A stretch of 22,948 nt of DNA, from positions 1 through 22,948 of the forward strand of contig CAWBHS010000106.1 in NCBI GenBank assembly GCA_963788655.1. Direction: 5' to 3'. This document shows, one piece after another, positions 1-10,069 of the stretch (position 1 is the stretch's first letter; each line of letters begins with the position of its first letter). The notes under the pieces were generated by a model that did no database searches, had not been told where the DNA came from, and was given only the letters and a program-made list of their open reading frames with translations. The stretch comes from an uncultured Verrucomicrobiae bacterium. GTDB taxonomy: Bacteria; Verrucomicrobiota; Verrucomicrobiia; Limisphaerales; JAFGQR01. Made by a program: the position numbers and the translations under genes.

Positions 1-945
1 CGGCGGGCTTCGACGATGCGGTCGGCGATCTTTTTGTCCTGCTCGGTGATGCCGGTCTCGGCGTCCATCACCAGCACGGCGATGTCGCTGCGCGCGATGG
101 AATCCTCGGCGCGCTTGCACGCTGAAGAACTCAATGGAGTCATCCACGCGCCGGGTTTTGCGCATGCCGGCGGTGTCGATCGAGCACGTATTTCTGCCGC
201 ACGCCCTCGGTCTCGACTTCGAACGGCACGTCCACCGAATCGCGCGTGGTGCCGGGGACGGGGCTGACGATGACCCGCTCGGTATGCGTGAGCGCGTTGA
301 TGATGGAGGATTTGCCGACGTTGGGGCGGCCGACGATGGCGAGCTTGAGGGGACTGATGCGTGATGCGTGATGCGTGATCTTCGGCGTCTGCGTCGGTGC
401 GTGTTCGTCGTCGCGTGCAGCTGGCCTCGCGTCAGTTGTGCGGGCAGAAACTCATCGCTGCGTTCATCAACGCTCGATGCCTTCGCCGTGGATGGCGCTG
501 ACGGGAAACATTTTGTCAAAGCCGAGTTCGGCGAATTCTCGACGATGCCGGATTCGGCTCTGCTGGTGTCCACTTTGTTGACGGCGACCAGCACGGGCTT
601 GCCGCTGCGCGCAAGCGCTGCGCGCACTTCGCGGTCCAGCGGCACGATGCCTTCCTGCACGTTGACCACGAAGATGATGACGTCCGCCGACTCAATCGCC
701 AGCTCCACCTGTTCGATGGCGGCCCTGATGATGACGTCGTCGGCCTTCTCGCGGCGCAGCAGGCCGATGCCGCCGGTATCCACGAGCGTGAAGGGCTGGC
801 CGTGCCACTCCACTTCGGCGCTGATGCGGTCGCGCGTGACGCCCGGCTGGTCATGCACAATGGCGATGCGCCGCCCGACGATGCGGTTGAACAGCGCGGA
901 CTTGCCGACATTGGGCCGGCCGACGATGGCGATCAGTCCCGACAT
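1..945 (-). CDS. der: Ribosome biogenesis GTPase Der (EngA); 3' end runs off the window; several apparent frameshifts
   Basis: ATG at 945 reads [22 protein letters not shown]...DQPGVTRD...DTGGI...AVNKVD (GTPase domain 1). Below ~350 a second domain reads [20 protein letters not shown]...PGTTRDSVD...DTAGMR. The frame changes near 535, 470-350 and 120. It is absent from the ORF track, probably because the ATG frame has no stop before the window edge. Confidence 0.96.
   Translation of the reverse strand, partial: MSGLIAIVGRPNVGKSALFNRIVGRRIAIVHDQPGVTRDRISAEVEWHGQPFTLVDTGGIGLLRREKADDVIIRAAIEQVELAIESADVIIFVVNVQEGIVPLDREVRAALARSGKPVLVAVNKVDTSRAESGIVENSPNSALTKCFPSAPSTAKASSVDERSDEFLPAQLTRGQLHATTNTHRRRRRRSRITHHASVPSSSPSSAAPTSANPPSSTRSRIPSGSSSAPSPAPRAIRWTCRSKSRPRACGRNTCSIDTAGMRKTRRVDDSIEFFSVQARRGFHRAQRHRRAGDGRRDRHHRAGQKDRRPHRRSPP
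355..379. repeat. Heptamer tandem repeat (TGATGCG)x3 + TGAT in the Der interdomain linker
   Basis: TGATGCG at 355-361, 362-368 and 369-375, then TGAT. Confidence 0.85.
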
Positions 946-948
946 GGG

Positions 949-2207
949 CTAGGAGTTGCAGAAGCGCGCGAATGCGCCGCCGAAGAGGTCTTTAACGTCC
1001 CGCTCGATCTCGGCGCGGCTGACCTGCCAGCCGGTCTGCGCGAGGTCGGCATACTTGTCCGTCAGCACCTGGGCAATGATCCGGCGCGAGTGCTGCCACT
1101 TGTAGATGATCTGGTCAAGGACGCGCGCGTCCGAGTGCTGTGGAGTGAAGCTCAGGCCCACCAATTCAGGCGCATGCGGGTCAGCTCGTCGATCAGGTAC
1201 GGCACGTTGGTGAACCACCAGCAGCCAAACGGGTGCAGGTTCCGGAACTTGCGGGTGAGTACGCACAGCTCGTGGTGGTTCTCTCGGGCGAGGACGGTGG
1301 TAAGGAACTTGTTGTCCGGGTTGGCGGCGCACAGGTTCTGCAGCACGGTCAGGTGGCTCAGCCCGACGCCGTCGCCGGCCAGCTTCAGTTCAGGATTCGT
1401 GGCGCGCTTCACGCCGAGCATCAGCGCAAACGGCAGCCCGTGCTCGCGGCAAAACGGCAACAGGGCCTTGTCGATGAGCTGCGTGGTGATGCTCTTGTCG
1501 GGATATTGGAACTCCGCTGGGAACGACACCATCAGGTAGCTGGCCTTGATGCGCTTGCTCCAGTCCGCCAGGAAGCGGCGCACCTCGTCGAAGGTCTTAC
1601 CGCTTGGAACACTTGCTTTCACGTCATACCCCCAGCGGGCCAGCTTGGGCGCCGTCTCCGGCCACGAGAGCAGCAACTGGTCGATACGCAGCGCGGCGAC
1701 AAAACGTTCGTCGCGGCGGAAGCCTTTCTCCCACACCGGGCGTTCCAGGTCATCGAAGGGCGAGTTGGTCATGAAGATCTTCTCCACGCCCGCCAACTCC
1801 ATGCAGCGCGTGATGTGGCCGTCCGTCGTTTGCCGGGCAAACCACTTCCGCAGGGCGGGCAGGTCGCGCTTCTTCACGTCCAGCCCGAACGCCTGGAGTG
1901 TGGTCAGCACCCCGCGGCAGGCCTCGGACACCGGCGAGTGCTTCAGGAAGAGGTGTTCCCAAACCAGGTCGGCCTGCTGTGTCTTGGAGAGGCGCCAAAA
2001 CTTGTCATACGGCATGTCGATATACCGGAACACCTCGGCCACGAGGTAATGATAGACCAGCAGCTCATCCAGGCCCCAGAGGAGCAAGTCTTTGATTGCA
2101 GGGTCGTAGAGATGCGTGTGTATGTCCGTGATCGGTGCGGACTTTACAATGCTCTCAATCTGTTTGGCCAACGAGCTATGGGCGGGTGCTGCGGGCGTCT
2201 TCTTCAT
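949..2207 (-). CDS. uxaC: Glucuronate (uronate) isomerase-like amidohydrolase-superfamily protein; one frameshift near 1165
   Basis: N-terminal metal motif ITDIHTHL, YHYLVAE, GCWWF...P..I.E.TRMR. The C-terminus (ELVGLSFTPQHSDARVLDQIIYKWQHSR) is in ORF 949..1332. The stop lies 3 bp before the der ATG. Confidence 0.85.
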
Positions 2208-2260
2208 GAGGCGTGACCATAGAAGATACGCCCGCAATAGGCTACAATATTCCCCGTAGA

Positions 2261-4328
2261 CTAGGCCGCCTTCGCTTTCGCGCCTTCCGAACCGCCATCC
2301 TTGCCGTCTCCGGTCGCTGCCATCAGGTCCATCACGGTAGCGATTCCCTCCAACCGGTTCTCCTTATCCAGGACGAGCACCTTATTCGAGCCGGTGCGCA
2401 TGAAACAACGCATCACGTCCAGAACCGCGGTATCATCGCGCACGGTCGGCACCTCCACGAAGCGAATCTGTTCCACGCGGGTGCTTGGTTTCGTTTGCTC
2501 GCGTTTGAGGAACTCGTAGAACTCCTCTCGCGTAACCGTGCCCAGCAGCTTCTGGTCATCATCGACGACCGGGTAAGAGCTGCGCGGATGATCTCGCGTG
2601 ATCTGCAAGGCCTGCTGCACGGTCATTTCGGGTTTGAGCGTGTAAAGCTTGCGCTCCATCAGCCGGGAGACGGGCAGCATCGTCAGTTCCGGCGCCACCT
2701 TGCGCCCGACCGCCTCCACCATTTCCTGCGACTGATACTTGGTGGCTGACTTCTGGAAGAACGTGCCCAGCGAGCCCACGCCGCGGATCAGCTCGTTGAA
2801 GATGCTGGCCGGGATCGAGACGAGGCTGGTGGGCTCCGTGGCCTGCGCGTCATAATGCCAGATGCCGTCTTCAAGCAGCGCCTGCTCGCCGAAATACCCC
2901 CCGGCGGAGACGCGCTGGAGAACTTCGCCCCGATCATGCAGCTCCAGGCTGCCGCTCTTGACGATATAGAAGGAGAAGGCCGGCTCGCCTTGCTGGAACA
3001 GAACGTCGTCCTTTTCCAGGTGGATCTCCTTGACCGGTCGGGTGAACCGGGGGCTGAGATGGTTGAGGTCGCGCGGGAAGAACAGGTCCAGCGTCCAATC
3101 CAATAGCACCCGCAGCTTGCGGTCCGCCCGCGGCAGTTTCATCAGGTACACCGTCCGCCACAGCCACCACGCAAAGAACCCCGAGAACTGCACGCCCAGG
3201 ATGTCAGCAACTGCCAGCCGGTGTCCGATGCTGGCCATCTCCCCCAGGCCCTTGAACGTGAACGGCCGCAGCTCCTGACCCGCCCTGCGCCGCAGAAGGT
3301 TGCGGCCCACCAAACGCCCTTGCCGCGTGGCGAATTGCGCGGTATTCGGGCACCAGCCGCCATCAGCCAGCGGATATGCCGCGCAATCCCCGATCGCCCA
3401 CAAATGCGTCTGCCCCTTGATCTGCCCGGTGGCCTCTGTGACCAGCGAGCCCTTGAACATCTCGAAGCCGCAATCCTCACCCAGCTTCTTCACCAGTGGA
3501 TGCGGCGCGTTGCCCACAGTAGAAATGACCGTGTTCGTCTCAATCGTGTCGCCGTCCTGGAGATAGACCCGGTTGGCCGTCACCGACTTGACGCGCTGAT
3601 TCAGGATCACCTTCAACCCCAACTGCTGCAGCTTCCGCGCGCTGTACTTCTCCGAGCTTGCGGCTCAACGTCGGCAGCAGGTGGTCGCCGCTGTGAACCA
3701 GGTAAACCGAGAGGTCGGATTCCGAAATGTTCGGGTAATACACATGAATGGCCCGGAAGAGATCCAGGATGTGCCCGGCGGTCTCCACTCCCGAGTAGCC
3801 GCCGCCCACCACTACGAACGTCGTCAGGCGCCGTTTCACTTCCGCGCGCGGCTCCAGGTTCGCCTCTTCAATCCGGCCGAGGATCGTCATGCGCAGATGC
3901 ATCGCGTCGCCCACGTTCTTGATCAGGAAGCTGTGCTCGGGCATGCCGGGAATGCGGCTCAAGTCCGTCACCGCCCCCAGCGCCAGCACCAGGTCGTCGT
4001 AGGTAATGCGCAGATTCCCCGAGAACGGACCCGCATTCAAGGTGAGGCACCGGCGCGGCCAGTCGATCGACTCGACCGTGCCCCGCAGCACATCCACCTG
4101 CCGGCAAAGCAGCCGCAGCGGATTTACCACGTGACGGGGAGAAATCGAGGATCCTGCCACCTCCGGCAGCATGGGCTGGAACACCATGTAGTTTTGCTCC
4201 GAGATCAGCCCCACCTTGAGTCCGGGGCTCCGTTTCGAACCACGCGGCATCGCCTTGGCGCAATACACCCCTCCGAATCCCCCGCCCAAAATAGCCACGT
4301 CCAGCCGAATGTCGTTTTGGTCATTCAT
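2261..4328 (-). CDS. Type II NADH dehydrogenase-like FAD-dependent oxidoreductase fused to a cyclic-nucleotide-binding domain and a CBS pair; one frameshift near 3650
   Basis: ILGGGFGG and FQPMLPEV; second Rossmann motif VVGGGYSGVETAG; WAIGDCA, PNTAQFA.RQG, WWLWRTVYLMKLP. Then LFQQGEPAFSFYIVKSGSLE...GGYFGEQALL (cNMP domain), then LYTLKPEMTVQQAL...YPVVDDDQKLLGTVT and VLVLDKENRLEGIATVMDL (CBS pair). Split over ORFs 3540..4328 and 2261..3622. Confidence 0.88.
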
Positions 4329-4341
4329 CTCGCCTGTGCAG

Positions 4342-4418
4342 AATCTGGAAGTCCTCTTCGACGTCCTGAAACGCCGAATCCCGTGGGATTGCCGCCCTTG
4401 CGGGCAACTTCCCGACTT
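4342..4418 (-). ncRNA. Candidate structured cis-regulatory RNA (four-way junction) in the 5' UTR of the NDH-2/cNMP/CBS gene
   Basis: The minus strand reads AAGUCGGGAAGU-UGCCC(GCAA)GGGCG-GC-AAUCC(CACG)GGAUU-C-GGCGUU(UCAG)GACGUC-GAAGAGG-ACUUCCAGAUU: a closing stem plus three tetraloop hairpins. Its G-U pairs form only on this strand. It ends 13 nt before the ATG. Confidence 0.5.
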
Positions 4419-4432
4419 AAGAATACCCTAAC

Positions 4433-5053
4433 TCAACTCGCCCGCTCTGGCGAACCCTGATTGCGAAGTCTCTTGCGGCTCCCTCGCCTCTTGTCTGGCT
4501 GGTGATGCTCCCTTGTGTATCTGGAGGCACCCTGGTGTTGCCCCCATGTGCCTCTGGTAAGTCTCTGTCGCTTGCGCACTTGCGCAGCAGCCACTTTTGC
4601 AAGTGCCTGCAAATGAAGGGCTTGGGCCCTGTTGATTATCGCTTTACGTCGCTCCTGGCGGCCGAAGGCCTTGCATTGCTTGCCAACCGAATACTGCTGG
4701 CCGGTCAAGGGACCGGACTGGCCGAGGCGGCGACGGGTTCGCCGCTTTGCGGCTGCGGCGATCAAGGAGTCCTGCTGCGCCTGGCTGAGGGCGCTGCTGT
4801 ATTGCTTGGCGGCGGCGGCCAGGCGATTCCGCCAACGGCGCTGGCGTCCTGTGGCCGGATCACGAGGCAGCACCCAACGGCGCCGAAACTGTTTGCCGCG
4901 CAACACAAACCAGACCCAATCTCCGCACCGGCCGCTCTTGAGATGGATTCCGTCGAGGCATTTTCCCTTGGGTCCCAGCAACGGGCATTCGCGACAACTC
5001 GGCCGGCGCAGGACATCGCGGCGCAAGAGTAGTTTCAGTCTCCTGTCACGCAT
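4433..5053 (-). CDS. Hypothetical highly basic protein with an N-terminal Cys cluster; possibly nucleic-acid binding
   Basis: From ATG 5053: MRDRRLKLLLRR...CRECPLLGPKGKCLDGIHLKSGRCGDWVWFVLRGKQFRRRWVLPRDPATGRQRRWRNRL...RRLGQSGPLTGQQ. It fills the gap between the sulfatase stop (5113) and the ndh leader and has no frameshift. Confidence 0.6.
   Translation of the reverse strand: MRDRRLKLLLRRDVLRRPSCRECPLLGPKGKCLDGIHLKSGRCGDWVWFVLRGKQFRRRWVLPRDPATGRQRRWRNRLAAAAKQYSSALSQAQQDSLIAAAAKRRTRRRLGQSGPLTGQQYSVGKQCKAFGRQERRKAIINRAQALHLQALAKVAAAQVRKRQRLTRGTWGQHQGASRYTREHHQPDKRRGSRKRLRNQGSPERAS
4495..4550 (-). repeat. Degenerate 11-bp-period array, copy 1
   Basis: Minus-strand units CACATGGGGGC AACACCAGGGT GCCTCCAGATA CACAAGGGAGC ATCACCAGCCA; 42/56 identical, ungapped, to 13210-13265 (+). 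Confidence 0.7.
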
Positions 5054-5112
5054 TGGCTCCAACCGAGCAGGTTCGCTGCCATGCCGTCTCCTGCAGTCTT
5101 TCGGACAGGCTC

Positions 5113-8100
5113 TTACTCCGCCTTTTTTCTGGCGGCGGCGTGACCGCGCCAGCCGCCCAGCGGCAGCACGTTGGCGCGGGCAGCCCAGGCGTCCCATCGG
5201 CGGCGAGCTCCTTCACCTTGTCCGGGTGCTGGCGCGGCCAGGTCGTGCATTTCCGTGCGGTCGGCGGTCATGTCGTAGAGCTCCCAGGGCTGGTTGGCTT
5301 TGGCGACGAGCTTCCACTGCCCGTCGCGGACGGCGCGGTTGCCCTCGTGTTCCCAGAAGATCGGCTGCGAGCGCTTAAGAGGTCTTGCCGGCGAACGCCG
5401 GCACGCAGGCTGATGCCTTCCATCGGCTGAATCTTCTGCCCGTCCTTCTCCGCGGGATAGGTGGCGCCGGCGACGTCGACGCAGGTGGCCATGAGGTCGA
5501 TCAGGTGGCCCGGCTGGCCGACCAGCTGGTTGCGCCGGCGTCGGGAATGCCGCTGGGCCAATGGACGATCAGCGGCGTGGAGATGCCGCCTTCGTGGACC
5601 CAATGCTTGTATTCGCGGAACGGCGTGTTCGAGACGTTCGCCCAGCCGCGTCCGTAGGCGATATAGGTGTCGGCCGGGCCGGGCATGACGTCGGGCCCGG
5701 TGCGGACCGGGCGACCGTCGCGGGTCTGCATGGGCGGCCAGATATGCGGTCTGGAGTTCGTCCGGGGCCATGGGCTTGCAGACCATGGTCTTGACGCTGG
5801 TCGGCATTGGAAGCCGCGGCCCATCTTCTCGGCGCAGCCGCCGTTGTCCTGCAGGAAGAAGATCAGCGTGTTGTCGAAGCGGCCGTGACGCTTCAGCTCG
5901 GCGACGATCCGGCCGATGCCCTGGTCCATGCGGTCGACCATGGCCGCGTACACTTCCATGCAGCGCGCTTCCCACGCCTTGTTGCTTGACGCGCGTCCCA
6001 GTCTCCGGCCTGCGCGCGACAGTCCCAGGCCGGGTCGATCAGCCCCAGCTTCTTGAGCCGCTCGAAGCGCGCGTCGCGGATGGGCTCGTAGCCGCCGTCG
6101 TACTTGCCCTTGTACTTGGCGATGTCCTTCGGCCAGCGCGTGCATCGGCCAGTGCGCGGCGGTGTAGGCGACGTACATGAAGAACGGCTTGCTCCGGCGG
6201 CTCTCCGCGTGCTGCCGGATGAACCGCACGGCGTTGTCGCTGATGGCGTCGGTGTAGTAGAAGTGCTCCGGCTTGTATTCGGGATCGTTCTCGGGCGTGA
6301 TGAACGTGTTGCCGCCGGCAGAGCGTAGTTGGGATCGTAAGAAGTTGCCGCCGCCCGTGATCGTGCCGTAGAAGCGGTCGAAGCCGCGCTGCAGCGGCCA
6401 GTTGTATTTCGGGCCCTCGGGGGCGGTCGCGCTTGGTGACGTGCCACTTGCCGCACATGTAGGTGCGGTAGCCGGCCGGGCGCAGCGCCTCGGCGATGGT
6501 CACGCATCGCCGGTTCAGGTCGCCCGGATAGCCGTCGTCACGGCCGCTGCTCCGACCGTCATGTGCCCCACGCCGGCCTGGTGCGGAGTAAAGCCCGGTC
6601 AGCAGGCTCGCCCGGGTGGGGCAGCAGCGGCAGGTGTTGTAGAACTGGGTGAACCGCAGGCCGTTCTGCGCCAGCGCGTCGAGGTTGGGCGTGTGGATCT
6701 CGCCGCCGTAGCAGCCGAGGTCGGAGAAGCCCATGTCATCGGACATGATGAGCAGGATGTTCGGCCGCGTCGGACCTTGGCTGCGGGCGGGGCAGGCGGC
6801 AGGCGCCGGCAGCGACTTTCTCCAAGCCAGCGCTTCGGCAGCCAGCTTGTCCGCTGCCGCCTGCTCCTTGTCCGCCACGTCCACCGTCTCCTTCGGGTCG
6901 GCGACGATGTCATAAAGCTCCCGCTCGGCTGCCGTCGGCGTTGATCAGCAGCTTCCATTTGCCTTCGCGGACGGCCACATTCGGGCTGCGGTCTGCGCCT
7001 TTGGGGTAGGCGAACGAGTGCTCGTTGCGGCCGTATTCCCAGAAGAGCGGCTCTGCGCGAGTCAGCGATCGGCCGTGCCCGAGCAGCGCGGCGCTGAGGT
7101 CCGCGCCGTCAAGAGCGGCGCCTCGGCAGCGGCGCGCCCGCGATCGCGCAAAGGCTGGGGAAAAGGTCCACTGCGTGCAGCACGGTTTGCTTGTCGGTGC
7201 GCCCCGCCGGCGTATGGCCGGGCCAGCGCGCGACAAACGGCATGCGGATGCCGCCTTCGTAAAGGCTGAGCTTGCTGCCGCGCAAGCCGCCGGCGCGCTG
7301 CCGCTCGAAGGTGGGCAGCGGGCCGTTGTCGCTGGTGAAGAGCACCAGCGTGTTGTCCTCCAGCCCCAGCTCTTTCAACCCGGCCAGAGCCGCCCGACCT
7401 GGCGGTCGTATTCGTCAAGCACCGCTTGGAACTTGCGTTCCTCCTCGGGGCCGTTCGGGTATTCGGCTAAGCCGTTCCTGGCTCGGAACCCACGGGCGTA
7501 TGCACGTCGTCCGGCCAGACGTTCACGTAGCAGGGCTGGTCGCGGTGGCGCTTCAGGAAGTCGAGCGCCTTGTCCACGAAGAAGGCGGTGCGGTCCCAGC
7601 GCTTCACCTTGTCCTGCGGCGACCAGATCCAGTTGGTCGCCGTGATGTCCGGATCCGGGTCCGGGCTTTCATAGGTGCTGGCATGCTCGTCGAAGCCATA
7701 GGCGCTGAAGGGTGGAGCATTGGTGACATCGCGGCCGCCCCCCATGTGCCACTTGCCGAAATGGCCGGTGGCATAGCCCGCGCGCCTTGCAGCGTGCGCG
7801 CCAGCGAAGGCGCCTTGGGAGTCAAGGAAATCGGCCTGCTCGCATGCGCGGTTGCCCTTGCGCGTTTGCAGATAGCTCGTGATGCGCCACCGGGCGGGAT
7901 ACATCCCCGTGAGCAGGCCCGTCGCGCGATGCCGAGCAGATCGGCGCAGCGACGTAGAACTGCGTGAAGCGGGTCCCTTCCCGCGCCAGGCGGTCGATGT
8001 TCGGCGTCGGCGCAAAGTTGCCGCCGTAGCAGCTGGGGTCGCCATAGCCCATGTCGTCGGTGAGGAAGAAGACGATGTTGGGGCGGGTATCGCGGGATGC

Positions 8101-8214
8101 ATCTGCCGCCGGGAGCAGGGTGGGCGCCAGCAAGGCAGCAACCGATGGCAGGCGCAGGACACACAGGCGCAGGCGCTCGCTTGGCCTGCAGGTGATGGTT
8201 TGAAGACGGATCAT
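5113..8214 (-). CDS. Tandem double sulfatase: two formylglycine-dependent S1 modules in one polypeptide; many apparent frameshifts
   Basis: Module 1: RPNIVFFLTDDMGYGD...CSASR/TGLLTG...GYATGHFGKWHMG...FTSDNG...YEGGIRMP. Its C-terminus (DVADKEQAAADKLAAEALAWRKSL) continues in frame, within ORF 6039..6884, into module 2: RPNILLIMSDDMGFSD...CCPTRASLLTG...GYRTYMCGKWH...FLQDNG...HEGGISTP. TAA at 5113-5115. Confidence 0.85.
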
Positions 8215-8382
8215 CTGTTGAGTCTAGGTTAAGTCCAAGCCGGCGGCCGTGCACAATATTTTGTCTTGCGAAACCGCAATCAGCCCCAACCGTCTAAACA
8301 CCATGATGTTCTCACACTTTCGCTGGCCGGTTCCGTCACGACTCCACGTATCTGCAAAGGCGCTTGCGCTGTCGCACCGTTG

Positions 8383-8524
8383 CTTCCCCCTCACCCCTAC
8401 CCTCTCCCTTGGGGAGAGGGAGAATCGTCGGCAGCGTATTGGCGAATCCACAGTGGTCGGGATATCGAAGAATCGGAATTCAAGTCTCCCTCTCCCCAGG
8501 GAGAGGGCAGGGGTGAGGGGGAAG
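8383..8524. repeat. 142-bp palindromic (REP/MITE-like) element with ~40-bp inverted arms
   Basis: Left arm CTTCCCCCTCACCCCTACCCTCTCCCTTGGGGAGAGGGAGA (8383-8423). The reverse complement of 8485-8524 is CTTCCCCCTCACCCCTGCCCTCTCCCTGGGGAGAGGGAGA (1 mismatch, 1 indel). Each arm holds its own CCCTCTCCC/GGGAGAGGG hairpin. Confidence 0.92.
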
Positions 8525-8586
8525 AGCACGTCCGAAGAACTCGTGCGTCAATTCTGAGAGAGTCTGCGTCAAAGCGACCGACCTTA

Positions 8587-10069
8587 ATGACTCTGCTGGC
8601 ACTGGCTGTGCTTCTCGTCGCCCTCACCGCCTCGGCGCTGCCCTCGAAGCCAAACATCATCTTCATCCTCAGCGACGACCAGGGCTACGGCGATTTTTCC
8701 TGTCTCGGCAACCCCATCCTCAAGACGCCCAACCTGGACCGCCTTCATGATCAGGCGGTGCGCTTCACCGATTTCCATGTCAGCCCGACCTGCTCGCCGA
8801 CGCGCGCGGCGTTGATCACCGGCCGGCACGAGTTTCGCAATGGGGTCACGCACACCATCCTGGAGCGCGAGCGACTGACGCTGAAGGCCACCACGCTGGC
8901 GCAGGTGCTGCAAGGACGCCGGCTACACCACCGGCATCTTCGGCAAATGGCACCTCGGCGACGAAGCTGCCCTACCAGCCCAACCGGCGCGGCTTTGACG
9001 AAGTCTTCATTCACGGCGCCGGCGGCATCGGCCAGACGTATCCCGGCAGTTGCGGCGACGCGCCCGGCAACACCTATTTCAACCCGGCCATCCTCCACAA
9101 CGGCAAGTTCGAGAAGACACACGGCTACTGCACCGACGTCTTCTTCGCCCAGGCGATCAAGTGGATTGCGTCGGTGAAGGGCAAGGAACCTTTCTACGCC
9201 TATATCCCGCTCAATGCTCCGCACAATCCACTCCAGGTGCCGAAGGAATACGAGCAGCTTTACGCGGGCAAGGTGCGGACCGAACGTCGCCAAGTTCTTC
9301 GGCATGATCGCCAACATCGACGACAACGTCGGCCAGCTGCTGGCGAAGCTGAAGGAATGGGGCATTGAGCGTGACACGCTGGTCATCTTCATGAACGACA
9401 ACGGCGGCACCGGCAGGTTTCGGGATCTTCAATGCCGGCATGCGCGGGGCGAAGAACAGCCCTGGCTGGGCGGCACGCGCGCGGCCTCGTTCTGGCGCTG
9501 GCCAGGCACGTTAAGCCCGCCGACGTCGGCGGCGCTGACGCTCACATCGACTTCTTCCCGACCATCGCGGAGCTGGCCGGCGCAAAGCTGACGCCCGAGG
9601 TCGCAGGCGCAAGTCGAGGGCCGCAGCCTGGTGCCGCTGCTCAAGGACCCCAATGCCCCGTGGCCCGACCGCGAATTCTCTTCACCCACATAGGCCGCTG
9701 GGCTCGTGGCCAAGGCGGCGCAGGCGAAGTACCGGAATTGCAGCGTGCGCACCGCCCGCTGGCAGATGGTCTGCGTCTCCAACTCCGGAGAGAAGCAGTG
9801 GCAGTTGTTCGATGTTAAGGCTGACCCCGGCGAGAAGAACGACGTCGCCGCCGAGCATCCTGAAGTCGTCAAGGAACTCGACGCCGCCTACGACAACTGG
9901 TGGGACTCCGTCCAGCCGCAGCTTGGTGAACGAGAACGCCGTCGGCCCCAAGGTCAACCCGTTCAAGGAGCTTTACTGGAAGCAGTTCGGCGGCGGGCCG
10001 GACGCGGAAACCCTCCGCAAAATGACCCCTTCCGATGGTGCAGAGCGCGGGAAAAGCCGATCTCCTTGA
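8587..10069 (+). CDS. Secreted arylsulfatase-family (S1) sulfatase; multiple apparent frameshifts; start uncertain
   Basis: Signal-like MTLLALAVLLVALTASA, KPNIIFILSDDQGYGD, CSPTRAALITGR, GYTTGIFGKWHLG, IFMNDNG, WQLFDVKADPGEKNDVA, assembled across frames. Confidence 0.88.

Noticed and set aside
4342..4418. tRNA gene (cloverleaf-like fold)
   Set aside because: All loops are 4 nt; there is no 7-nt anticodon loop, TTCRA T-loop or CCA end.
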